Below, piece after piece: positions 48,863-57,458 of a stretch of DNA of 64,000 nucleotides. A program made the position numbers and the translations under genes. The DNA comes from Simkaniaceae bacterium (GTDB taxonomy: Bacteria > Chlamydiota > Chlamydiia > Chlamydiales > JAJFMI01). The stretch is taken from contig JBBDIZ010000027.1 in NCBI GenBank assembly GCA_040880145.1, positions 5,139 to 69,138 on the forward strand, written 5' to 3'. The notes below the pieces were generated by a model. The model ran no database searches. It was not told the origin of the DNA and saw only the letters and a program-made list of their open reading frames with translations. Each line of letters begins with the position of its first letter. Position 1 is the stretch's first letter.

Positions 48863-50206
48863 TCAAACAGCAGAAGATTCAAGTTGATCGACTCTTTTTC
48901 TAACCGACCATAGAGGAATCAAGAGAAGCGTAGCGGTGATGCTGCAGGCAACGAGCAAGACAAAGACGCCCGACCAACCATAATCTTGAGAGACCTTGCC
49001 AACCGGGTAACCCGCCGAGGCGGCTCCAAGATAACCAATCCATCCGGCAAAACCCGAAGCCGTTCCAGCTGCTTTCTTATGAGCGAGTTCAGCCGCCGCC
49101 ATTCCGATCAACATCTGCGGCCCAAAAATAAAGAACCCAATAGAAAACATCAAAGAGGCATCGAAAGCAAATCTTCCGGCAGGAGAAAGCCAAAGGCCAA
49201 GAAGCGCTAAAATCACCCCAAACGAAAAGATCACATTGACAGGACCGCGGCGCCCTTTATAAATTTTATCGGAGAGAAACCCCGCAGCTAAACTTCCAAA
49301 AAAACCGCCAAGTTCAAAAATTCCAATACAGGAGCCGGCCTTAATGAGAGAGTAGTGTTTATGTTCAAAGAGAAAGAGCTGGCCCCAGTCATTGATCCCT
49401 TGCCTGACGACATAGATAAAGAAATAACTTATTGCCAAAATCCAAATGAACCGATTTTTCAAGACATATTGGAGAAGAATTTGTTTCGTTGAAAGCTCCT
49501 TTTCATGAGACTTCACCTCACGCTCCGACTCCTCACCCATAAATTTTTCAATTGGGGGAAGCCCAAGAGATTGGGGCGTATCGCGAAGCGCATAGATTAA
49601 AAACAGTCCGGCCATAATGGAGAGAATCCCCGGAACAAAAAGAGCAAACCGCCAGCCATACTGCGCCGCATAATAAGAAGCTACGATTGGAATTAACAAC
49701 CCTCCCACATTATGGGAAGTATTCCAAAGCCCCCACCAACGCCCTCTTTCAGATTGAGAATACCAGTGAGTTAAAAGTCGCGCGCAAGGAGGCCACCCCC
49801 ACCCTTGAAACCATCCATTCAGCCCCCAAAATAGAGCGAACAGAACAAGAGATGAGCTAAATCCAAAAAAGATGTTAAAGAAACCGGTCAATATCAACCC
49901 GAAGGCCATAAAGGCTCGCGGATTCGATCGGTCGGCAACAATCCCGCTTAAAAACTTACTCAAGCCGTAAGAAATAGACAGGATGCTCGCTAAAATACCG
50001 AGCTGACTTTTAGAATAACCAAGAGCCGACATCAATGTCGGCATCGCAAAAACTAAACTCTTACGAGTGAAATAATAAAACGCGTAGCCGACATACATAC
50101 CGGCAAAGATCCGAAGCCGCCAATAGCGATAACGACTCCTTACCTCTTCAGCATTTTCAATTTCTTTAATATGCGGACTTGGTTTAAAAAAATTAATTAA
50201 TCCCAC
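48863..50206 (-). CDS. uhpC: MFS sugar-phosphate/phosphate antiporter (UhpC/GlpT family)
   Basis: 447 aa, 12 TM segments. It has RYWRLRIFAGMYVGYAFYYFTRKS and GIVADRSNPR. It has a GTG start. Confidence 0.88.
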   Translation of the reverse strand: MGLINFFKPSPHIKEIENAEEVRSRYRYWRLRIFAGMYVGYAFYYFTRKSLVFAMPTLMSALGYSKSQLGILASILSISYGLSKFLSGIVADRSNPRAFMAFGLILTGFFNIFFGFSSSLVLFALFWGLNGWFQGWGWPPCARLLTHWYSQSERGRWWGLWNTSHNVGGLLIPIVASYYAAQYGWRFALFVPGILSIMAGLFLIYALRDTPQSLGLPPIEKFMGEESEREVKSHEKELSTKQILLQYVLKNRFIWILAISYFFIYVVRQGINDWGQLFLFEHKHYSLIKAGSCIGIFELGGFFGSLAAGFLSDKIYKGRRGPVNVIFSFGVILALLGLWLSPAGRFAFDASLMFSIGFFIFGPQMLIGMAAAELAHKKAAGTASGFAGWIGYLGAASAGYPVGKVSQDYGWSGVFVLLVACSITATLLLIPLWSVRKRVDQLESSAV

Positions 50207-50377
50207 TAATTACCCTAATTATCTAAACCGAAAATAATTAATTATTAAGTTTATATATACAATGTCTAATTACAAGGAATTCATGTTAATGGAAAAGAGA
50301 CCCAAAGTCAATCTCAATCCACAGGATTAGAGAAGAGTTATATTTACATAAATTTTTAATTTATTCATTGTGAAGTC

Positions 50378-50986
50378 ATGGGAACGCCTTCGCCACCAAT
50401 CAGACCATCCGACTCTAGAGACTCCGAAAAAGTCACCTTTCCCTCTATTGAAAGGCAAAAACGTATTAAAGAAAAATATGAAGATGCCAAAGAGGAGCAA
50501 GAGGGAGGTTTTTTTCTTTTAACCTGGGTCATGCAAACTTTAAAAAAAGTAATTAACATCTTCATCACTTCTCGAGAGGAAGGGTACCTGAACCCCGAGA
50601 TCCAAACCCTCTTTGTCGATATACGCAAACTTCGTAATCTCTTTGCTCGAATGAAAACAGAGGACATGAGCCATGATGCTACCTTTATCAGTCGGCTTTC
50701 GATCCACTGGAGCGTCCTGGCAACGGACATTGAAAACCTTGGTTTTGAACACGTTACAATCACACTAAAAGCGCAGCTTGCCCACCTTAAAAGCAGCCTC
50801 AATGATTACTCCATTCAAGGCTCTATGTCCTTCGGCTTCTACCTGGAAGAGCATGCCGGCGAAAGCTGGTTCCCTCTTCCCTTCCTAGAGATGATCCGCT
50901 CCCTTTATACAGAAGCGCTCATAACTCCGGAATACTGCACCCTTAGCTCCTGGATCAAAGAAATTGATACTATATTACAGGGTTAA
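50378..50986 (+). CDS. hypothetical protein (orphan 1 of the uhpC-hisS insert)
   Basis: 202 aa with an ATG start and helical-looking, balanced composition. I prefer it to the antisense ORF 50365-50802, whose product is Ser/Arg/Cys-rich. Confidence 0.5.
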   Translation: MGTPSPPIRPSDSRDSEKVTFPSIERQKRIKEKYEDAKEEQEGGFFLLTWVMQTLKKVINIFITSREEGYLNPEIQTLFVDIRKLRNLFARMKTEDMSHDATFISRLSIHWSVLATDIENLGFEHVTITLKAQLAHLKSSLNDYSIQGSMSFGFYLEEHAGESWFPLPFLEMIRSLYTEALITPEYCTLSSWIKEIDTILQG

Positions 50987-51085
50987 CAGCTTCCAAGACT
51001 AAAGCCGATGGGAGCTGCCGATGACATGGATGTTAGAGCCCAATCCGTATTCAAATAATTTTTATTAAACTGTTTTTATAATTAA

Positions 51086-51114
51086 TTGACCTATTAGTAA
51101 TCATTCTGTATAAT
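51086..51114 (+). promoter_or_regulatory. consensus-like promoter TTGACC-17 nt-TATAAT upstream of ORF 51138
   Basis: The -35 is at 51086-51091 and the -10 at 51109-51114, with a counted spacer of 17 nt. It lies 23 nt before the ATG. Confidence 0.55.
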
Positions 51115-51137
51115 TAAATATAAATTACGGTGATAAT

Positions 51138-51881
51138 ATGTCAAAAGTATGTGAGCAATATTTCAGACTTGATTTATCTTATTTATACGAAAAAACTTAT
51201 AATGATATTCAAAATTGTTGGACTCTAGAAAAAATTGAACCCTTGTATAATGAGGTAAAAAATAACCCAAAACTTCAGACAAATAATAAATTGAAACACT
51301 CTTTAATTAAAAGAAGACTCCTCATAAAATTAAATGAAACTAGTTTGAATAATTTGGATCTATTTAAGACCTACACTCAAAAAGATATAGGGGACCATCT
51401 TCCTAAGCCAAGCCCTCTAATCTGTAAATTGGGTAGTTTTTATTTTCACAAACCAAGCACCCGGCTTCTTCCGATATTTAGCAAAAACCTTATCAAACCA
51501 ACCATTATTAAGAAAACTTCAACCTTAGACTTTACGATTACCATTACCGAAAACAAAGCTCTTACAAAACGCGTATGGGAAAAGACTCTAAATGGATTCG
51601 ATGCCTTAAATTATTCACCCAAAATAGGCTCCAATAATGAGAAAGTTTTCGTCGACTTCCTTCAAAAAATCAATCTGACTCCAATCGATTCTCTCCCTTC
51701 ATTGGATTTAACCCAACTAGATCTTCCCAACTCTCATAAAGAATATCTACTTTGTAAAAATATTGAGAGGCAATTCAACTACTTAGCAGCCGAACTCATT
51801 GCAGCTGCGAATGCCACAATTGAAGAGAAGCAACTTGAATTCGATGCGGGCTGTCAAAACAATAACAATATTCGAAACTGA
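51138..51881 (+). CDS. hypothetical protein, Asn/Lys-rich (orphan 2)
   Basis: 247 aa with very AT-rich coding sequence and its own strong promoter. No family recognised. Confidence 0.5.
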   Translation: MSKVCEQYFRLDLSYLYEKTYNDIQNCWTLEKIEPLYNEVKNNPKLQTNNKLKHSLIKRRLLIKLNETSLNNLDLFKTYTQKDIGDHLPKPSPLICKLGSFYFHKPSTRLLPIFSKNLIKPTIIKKTSTLDFTITITENKALTKRVWEKTLNGFDALNYSPKIGSNNEKVFVDFLQKINLTPIDSLPSLDLTQLDLPNSHKEYLLCKNIERQFNYLAAELIAAANATIEEKQLEFDAGCQNNNNIRN

Positions 51882-51940
51882 ATAAATCCAAATCTCTCTT
51901 TCCTTGATTTTTAAAAAATCATACCCTATCATTCTCCTGT

Positions 51941-52741
51941 ATGAAAAAAACCCTACTTCTTACCCTCCTTTTTTTAAGTTTCTCATCCCCAAACTATTCT
52001 TCTGTGAGCCCAAATCTCTTTGAAAAGTCTTTTCAAGAAAAAATTACAGAATTCACTCCTTTACTTCTTGAAAAGAAAATAAATGTTTCAGCTGTTCAGA
52101 CTTTTCTTTCTACACTTTGTAGAGAAGGATATGCCGAAGTTGAAGGCCTTGATACTGAATGCCGCTCGATTTGCGTAACAGCTCAAGGAGCTATTGAGGA
52201 GGCTTTAGCTCACTTGTTAAAGAAAGGGACTATTCGTAAAGTCGATGCGATCTTCCTCACGCCTCTTCCGACAACCCCTCTTCGAAAGAAGGGACAAACA
52301 ACGGGTTTGTCGAGCGAAACCTTTGATCCTGCAAGAGCTTATACACTCGACATGAGAGAAGTTTCATTACGAGTCCTTAGAAAGGCGCACGCAACAATTC
52401 ACGTCGCTTACTCAAAGGATGCCTTTGAAAGGCTAAAATCTTCCGAATCTGAGGACTCGCTAAAGCAGATCAAAATTTGGGAGAAGGAAAAGAAGCACCC
52501 CTATGTTATGGATGCCCCTCTCTCTGTTGATATTCCAAGCGAACTTGTTGGAGCTCTTTATCTGATTGAAGACTCAAATAAAGAACGATTTATTTTAACT
52601 ACCCATGGAATCCAAGCAAAGGATGCTCCAAATGGCTTTGCAATTTGGAAAAAATGGTTTTCCCCGGCTTCCGAAAAAGGCGAGGGGTATCATCGCGCCC
52701 TACAAATGATGAATTTTATTTTCGAAAATGGAGCGCTTTGA
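51941..52741 (+). CDS. hypothetical exported protein (orphan 3)
   Basis: 266 aa with the signal peptide MKKTLLLTLLFLSFSSPNYS. No family recognised. Confidence 0.5.
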   Translation: MKKTLLLTLLFLSFSSPNYSSVSPNLFEKSFQEKITEFTPLLLEKKINVSAVQTFLSTLCREGYAEVEGLDTECRSICVTAQGAIEEALAHLLKKGTIRKVDAIFLTPLPTTPLRKKGQTTGLSSETFDPARAYTLDMREVSLRVLRKAHATIHVAYSKDAFERLKSSESEDSLKQIKIWEKEKKHPYVMDAPLSVDIPSELVGALYLIEDSNKERFILTTHGIQAKDAPNGFAIWKKWFSPASEKGEGYHRALQMMNFIFENGAL

Positions 52742-52750
52742 AAAGTTGCC

Positions 52751-54061
52751 ATGCCATACTTAAAACCTAAAGGCACCTTTGACATTCTCCCCAAGCCTGT
52801 AAAGCCGGAGGATCGCTGGAGGGAATCTACGCGGTATCAATATCTCGAAGAGCTTTTGAGAAAAACCTCTCATGACTATGGATTCTATGAGATTCGAACC
52901 CCCATTTTTGAAAAGTCAGACCTTTTTATTCGATCTGTCGGAGAAGCTTCTGATATTATTTCTAAAGAGATGTACTCATTTGAAGATAAGGCAGGGCGGC
53001 ACATGAGTTTGCGCCCTGAGGGAACCGCTCCTGTTCTTCGTGCATTTTTAGAAAATGGCCTCCCAAACGGAGGGGATCATAAGTTTTTCTACATCGGGCC
53101 TTATTTTCGATACGACCGCCCTCAAAAAGGACGCTTTCGCCAATTCCATCAATATGGTGTTGAAGCTATTGGAAGGAGCGATCCTCTGCAGGATGTCGAA
53201 ATCATCGATCTGAATATGGAGATCTACCGCAGACTGGGTCTTAAAAACTTAACCTTAATGATCAACTCAGTAGGCAGCTCTCTTTGCCGCCCAAGCTTTA
53301 CAGCGGCTTTAAAGGCCTATTTAGAACCCTCTTTTTCAAAACTTTCAGAAGAGAGTCAGATGCGATTTAAAAAAAATCCACTGAGAATCCTAGACACCAA
53401 GTCAAAGGGTGATTTAGAAATTCTAAAGGGGGCTCCCTCTATTTTAGACCATCTCGATAAAGAGTGCCTCTTCCACTTTGAAGAGGTCAAAAAATGGCTG
53501 ACGCGGTTAAAGATCCCTTTTGTTATCAATGACAAACTTGTCCGCGGCCTCGATTATTATACAAAAACAGTTTTTGAAATTACCTCTGATGTCTTAGGCG
53601 CTCAGAATACAATTGGAGCGGGAGGGCGTTATGACGGTTTGATGAAAGCGCTTGGCGGCGAGGATTTGCCCTCCATAGGTTTTGCAACAGGAATCGAACG
53701 TATTTTACATACAATAGATGGGCAGGGGTATAGAGGCCCCTCCCTCCTGAATCCTTTTGTATTATTAATTGGCCTTGGAGATCAGGCCGAAAATAAATGC
53801 TCAGAGCTGCTCTTTCACTTACGCCATAGCTCGATACCGGCTAGCCACCTCTATAATACGAAAAAACTTAGCAAAGCGTTATCTCATGCCAGTGACTTCG
53901 GCGCTTCTTATGTTCTTATTCTTGGCGATGACGAGCTAAGCGAAGGGACCATTAACGTAAAAAATCTAAAAACGCGCGAAACCCTTAATCACCCAATTGA
54001 AACGATTGTGGAATACATGAGCGAAAGACTATGTTTGACTACCGACGCACACACAAATTAG
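52751..54061 (+). CDS. hisS: histidine--tRNA ligase
   Basis: KGTFDILP...MYSFEDKAGRHMSLRPEGTAPVLRA...FRYDRPQKGRFRQFHQ...GGGRYDGL. Confidence 0.96.
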   Translation: MPYLKPKGTFDILPKPVKPEDRWRESTRYQYLEELLRKTSHDYGFYEIRTPIFEKSDLFIRSVGEASDIISKEMYSFEDKAGRHMSLRPEGTAPVLRAFLENGLPNGGDHKFFYIGPYFRYDRPQKGRFRQFHQYGVEAIGRSDPLQDVEIIDLNMEIYRRLGLKNLTLMINSVGSSLCRPSFTAALKAYLEPSFSKLSEESQMRFKKNPLRILDTKSKGDLEILKGAPSILDHLDKECLFHFEEVKKWLTRLKIPFVINDKLVRGLDYYTKTVFEITSDVLGAQNTIGAGGRYDGLMKALGGEDLPSIGFATGIERILHTIDGQGYRGPSLLNPFVLLIGLGDQAENKCSELLFHLRHSSIPASHLYNTKKLSKALSHASDFGASYVLILGDDELSEGTINVKNLKTRETLNHPIETIVEYMSERLCLTTDAHTN

Positions 54062-55815
54062 ACGAATTAAGAAAATCGATGAGCGGCCGGATGGTAACGC
54101 TCTCGGGATGGGTTCATAAACGAAGAGATCATGGCGGACTCATCTTCATCGATCTTCGGGATCGCTTTGGTCTAACGCAGCTCATTTTTGATCCGAAAAC
54201 AGCTCCCGGAACCCATAATGCTGCGACTTTTCTCCGATTAGAGTGGGTCATTAGCATTAAAGGTCGTGTCAGACCCCGAATTAAGGGGCAAGAAAACCCG
54301 AATCTTCCAACAGGAGCGGTCGAAGTCGAGGTTTTAGAGCTTCACATTTTGTCCGAAGCAAGTGCACTTCCCATCGTAATCTCTGATTCGCATACAGAGA
54401 TTAGCGAAGACGTGGCGCTTAAATACCGCTATCTCACTCTTCGAAAAGAAAAAATCACCCAAAATCTTGTAAAGCGCCACAAGACAATGATGGCGACTCG
54501 AAAGTTTTTAGATCAATCGGGATTTTTAGAGATTTCAACGCCTATTTTAGCAAAAGCAACCCCTGAAGGCGCTCGCGATTATTTAGTTCCCTCTAGACTC
54601 TATCACGGCCATTTTTATGCACTTCCTCAATCCCCTCAAATTTTCAAACAGCTCTTAATGATTGGCGGCTTGGACCGCTACTTCCAAATCGCTCCCTGCT
54701 TTCGAGATGAGGATTTGCGCGCTGATCGGCAGCCCGAATTCCACCAAATCGATATCGAACTAAGCTTTGGAACTCCAGATGAAACCATTGCGATCACAGA
54801 GGAACTATTAAAAGCTATTTTTTCCGAAGTTTTGGGCTGCTCCATTCAACCTCCTTTCAATCGCATGTCCCACTTAAATGCGCTCGAACACTATGGTACG
54901 GATCGTCCTGACCTCCGATTTAATATGCCCCTTGTCCGCTTAACTGACGTTGCCCTTCGCTCGAACTTCTCTCTTTTTAAAGAGGCTGTCGAAGGCGGCT
55001 CTATTGTCAAAGCGATTACCTTGAAAAATGGCGCCAAGCTCTCACGTAAAGAAATTGAAAAATTGACCGAATTTGTAAAGCCATTCGGCCTAAAGGGTCT
55101 CGCTTTTATGAAGCATACAAATGAAGGATTTAGCTCAAGCATTGTCAAATTTTTTGATCAAGAGCTTCTTTTAGAAATTGAGAATCGAATGAAATCAGAA
55201 GTAGACGACCTGATTCTCTTTGCCTCTGCTGCTGAACCTATCGTCAATCAATCTCTCGATCACTTGCGCCGTAAACTGGCTTTAGACTTCAACCTCTATG
55301 ACCCCTCCGACTTAGCCTTTGTTTGGGTTGTAGACTTTCCACTTTTTGCCTATGATGAAGATGATAAACGCCTCGTATCTGAGCACCATCCCTTTACAGC
55401 CCCCCATCCCGATGATCTTCATTTACTCGATAGCGATCCATTAAAAGCGCGATCCCTTGCCTATGATATCGTTTTAAATGGTTACGAGATAGGAGGCGGA
55501 TCGCAAAGAATCCACTCGCCTGAAACTCAGACAAAAATTTTTCAAATTTTGAAACTGTCAGCCGAAAAAATTAATGAGAAATTTGGATTTTTCACTGAAG
55601 CCCTCTCTTATGGCACCCCTCCTCACGGCGGAATTGCCCTTGGTGTCGATCGTCTCGTCATGATCTTATCCAATACTGAAAATATCCGAGAGGTCATTGC
55701 ATTCCCAAAAACTGCGAAAGCAAATGACCTAATGATGGCGTGTCCCTCTTCTGTCGAGTCAAGACAACTTACAGACCTTGGATTACAATTACTTGAATCA
55801 AAAGAGTTATCCTAG
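54031..55815 (+). CDS. aspS: aspartate--tRNA ligase
   Basis: RTHKLDELR...GWVHKRRDHGGLIFIDLRD...FRDEDLRADRQPEF.QID...GGGSQRIH. It overlaps hisS by 31 nt. Confidence 0.96.
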   Translation: MFDYRRTHKLDELRKSMSGRMVTLSGWVHKRRDHGGLIFIDLRDRFGLTQLIFDPKTAPGTHNAATFLRLEWVISIKGRVRPRIKGQENPNLPTGAVEVEVLELHILSEASALPIVISDSHTEISEDVALKYRYLTLRKEKITQNLVKRHKTMMATRKFLDQSGFLEISTPILAKATPEGARDYLVPSRLYHGHFYALPQSPQIFKQLLMIGGLDRYFQIAPCFRDEDLRADRQPEFHQIDIELSFGTPDETIAITEELLKAIFSEVLGCSIQPPFNRMSHLNALEHYGTDRPDLRFNMPLVRLTDVALRSNFSLFKEAVEGGSIVKAITLKNGAKLSRKEIEKLTEFVKPFGLKGLAFMKHTNEGFSSSIVKFFDQELLLEIENRMKSEVDDLILFASAAEPIVNQSLDHLRRKLALDFNLYDPSDLAFVWVVDFPLFAYDEDDKRLVSEHHPFTAPHPDDLHLLDSDPLKARSLAYDIVLNGYEIGGGSQRIHSPETQTKIFQILKLSAEKINEKFGFFTEALSYGTPPHGGIALGVDRLVMILSNTENIREVIAFPKTAKANDLMMACPSSVESRQLTDLGLQLLESKELS

Positions 55816-55822
55816 GTATAAT
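55793..55822 (+). promoter_or_regulatory. candidate mip promoter TTGAAT-18 nt-TATAAT
   Basis: The -35 at 55793-55798 lies inside the aspS 3' end. The -10 at 55817-55822 is 29 nt before ATG 55852. Confidence 0.45.
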
Positions 55823-55851
55823 TCAAGTTTACAATCATTTACGGAGAGACC

Positions 55852-56652
55852 ATGAGTAAAATTTTTAAAATCATGACCGCCTTGATACTCACCACTTCTC
55901 TTATCCCTCTCTTTTCTAATGGAGAGATGAACGAAGAAACGAGCAAGGAACCCTCAAAAGAGGAAAAGACTCAAGTCAACCTCAAAGAAGTTTCAGAGGC
56001 TTTTGGCCATCTCATTGGGAAAAACCTGGATACTCTCGGTTTTAACATTGATATCCAAGCAGTCGTTCAAGGAATTATGGATTCAGCAGCCGGAAAGGAC
56101 GCTCCGATGAGCGAAAATGAGTGTGTTCAAGCCATTTCGGAAGCTCAAGAAAAAGCTTTTCTGCAAGAAGCCGATACCAATTTAAAACTTGCTGACAAAT
56201 TCATGCATGAAAATGAACATGAAGATCAGATCGTTGTCCTCGAAAAAGAGAAACTTCACTATCGAGTCATTCAAGAAGGGAAAGGCGCTGTTGTCGAAGA
56301 ACACTTCCAGCCCCTTATCAAATATACAGGTCGATTTTTAGATGGATCCGTTTTCGGCTCTTCAAAAGAAGAAGAAATGATCTCTCTCGACGAGACTATT
56401 CCAGGTTTCTGTCGTGGAATTGTAGGGATGAAAGAAGGCGAAAAACGCACACTTTTCATCCATCCAGAACTTGGCTACGGAACTTCAGGCTACCTTCCTC
56501 CAAACTCCCTTCTCTCTTTTGAAATTGAAGTTATGAAGGCGAATGGGAACGAAGATGACCAAGAATCATTAACATCAAATATCCACGCGCAAGATCAAAC
56601 CGATGAAGAAATCGCCCTTCCTGAACGCACCCCAACCGACAACGTCCGATAA
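55852..56652 (+). CDS. mip: FKBP-type peptidyl-prolyl isomerase, Mip-like
   Basis: It has a signal peptide, a long N-terminal helix region and a C-terminal FKBP domain (YTGRFLDGSVFGSS...IPGFCRGIVGMKEGEKRTLFIHPELGYG). Confidence 0.9.
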   Translation: MSKIFKIMTALILTTSLIPLFSNGEMNEETSKEPSKEEKTQVNLKEVSEAFGHLIGKNLDTLGFNIDIQAVVQGIMDSAAGKDAPMSENECVQAISEAQEKAFLQEADTNLKLADKFMHENEHEDQIVVLEKEKLHYRVIQEGKGAVVEEHFQPLIKYTGRFLDGSVFGSSKEEEMISLDETIPGFCRGIVGMKEGEKRTLFIHPELGYGTSGYLPPNSLLSFEIEVMKANGNEDDQESLTSNIHAQDQTDEEIALPERTPTDNVR

Positions 56653-57145
56653 ATCCATTAGGACCTCAGAAAAAGAGGTCCTAAAAATTATCCTTTTTCA
56701 GCCGCAAATTCCTGCAAACACCGGCAATATTGTCCGGACTGCACACGTAACAGGTGCCTCGTTAAGCTTAGTGAGGCCCTTAGGTTTTAGCGTAAGCAAT
56801 CGACACCTAAAAAGAGCCGGATTAGATTATTGGGAAGGAGTCGATGTCACCTTCATCGATGATTTATTTGAATATCTTAAAAGAACAAACAGGCGCCCTA
56901 TCTTTTTTTCAAGTCAAGCATCTCAATCTTATACTGAGATTCAATATCAAACCGATGACATGCTGATCTTCGGTTCAGAAACAGAAGGTCTTCCATCAAT
57001 TTTTAAAGAAAATTGGCCTGAAAATTTTGTAACTCTCCCAATGAAAAAAGGGGCACGCTGCTTGAACTTGTCAAACAGCGTAGCGATTGCCCTTTATGAG
57101 GCCTGGCGTCAAATTGAATTTAAACCGATGTCACAAAACTCTTGA
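56603..57145 (+). CDS. trmL: tRNA (cytidine/uridine-2'-O)-methyltransferase TrmL (SpoU class); start uncertain
   Basis: The conserved core begins at IILFQPQIPANTGNIVRTAHVTG (about nt 56687). The only ATG/GTG/TTG upstream in frame is 56603, which lies 50 nt inside mip. See the finding on the start codon. Confidence 0.8.
   Translation: MKKSPFLNAPQPTTSDKSIRTSEKEVLKIILFQPQIPANTGNIVRTAHVTGASLSLVRPLGFSVSNRHLKRAGLDYWEGVDVTFIDDLFEYLKRTNRRPIFFSSQASQSYTEIQYQTDDMLIFGSETEGLPSIFKENWPENFVTLPMKKGARCLNLSNSVAIALYEAWRQIEFKPMSQNS
56660..56682 (+). promoter_or_regulatory. perfect 8-bp stem-loop immediately after the mip stop
   Basis: AGGACCTC-agaaaaa-GAGGTCCT. It is followed by AAAAATTATCCTTTTT, so there is no immediate T-run. 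The right arm contains GAGG 8 nt upstream of an in-frame ATT. Confidence 0.6.
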
Positions 57146-57443
57146 TGCCACTCGCATCGCGAAGTCCCACCAAGCGATTGACTTCCTTGCCATCTTTAAA
57201 AAGAATAAGAGTCGGAACAGAGGTGACTTGATAATCTGATGCCACCTTTTGATTTTGATCGATATCAACTTTCGCAAAGGTGACGCTTCCGTGCATTTCA
57301 CCTGCAACCTCTTCTAAGACAGGTGTTAACATGCGGCAGGGGCCGCACCAGTCGGCGTAAAAATCAATAAGGGTCACACCCGCTTTGATGGACTCTTCAA
57401 AATTAGCATCTGTAAAATGTTTGATTAACGTCTCTTCAGTCAT
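57120..57443 (-). CDS. trxA: thioredoxin
   Basis: 107 aa with DFYADWCGPCRML. Confidence 0.95.
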   Translation of the reverse strand: MTEETLIKHFTDANFEESIKAGVTLIDFYADWCGPCRMLTPVLEEVAGEMHGSVTFAKVDIDQNQKVASDYQVTSVPTLILFKDGKEVNRLVGLRDASGIKSFVTSV

Positions 57444-57458
57444 AATTCCTCTTAGATT

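Noticed and set aside
50365-50802. 145-aa minus-strand ORF overlapping ORF 50378-50986.
   Set aside because: Its Ser/Arg/Cys-rich product is typical of an antisense frame. The plus-strand protein has balanced, helical-looking composition.
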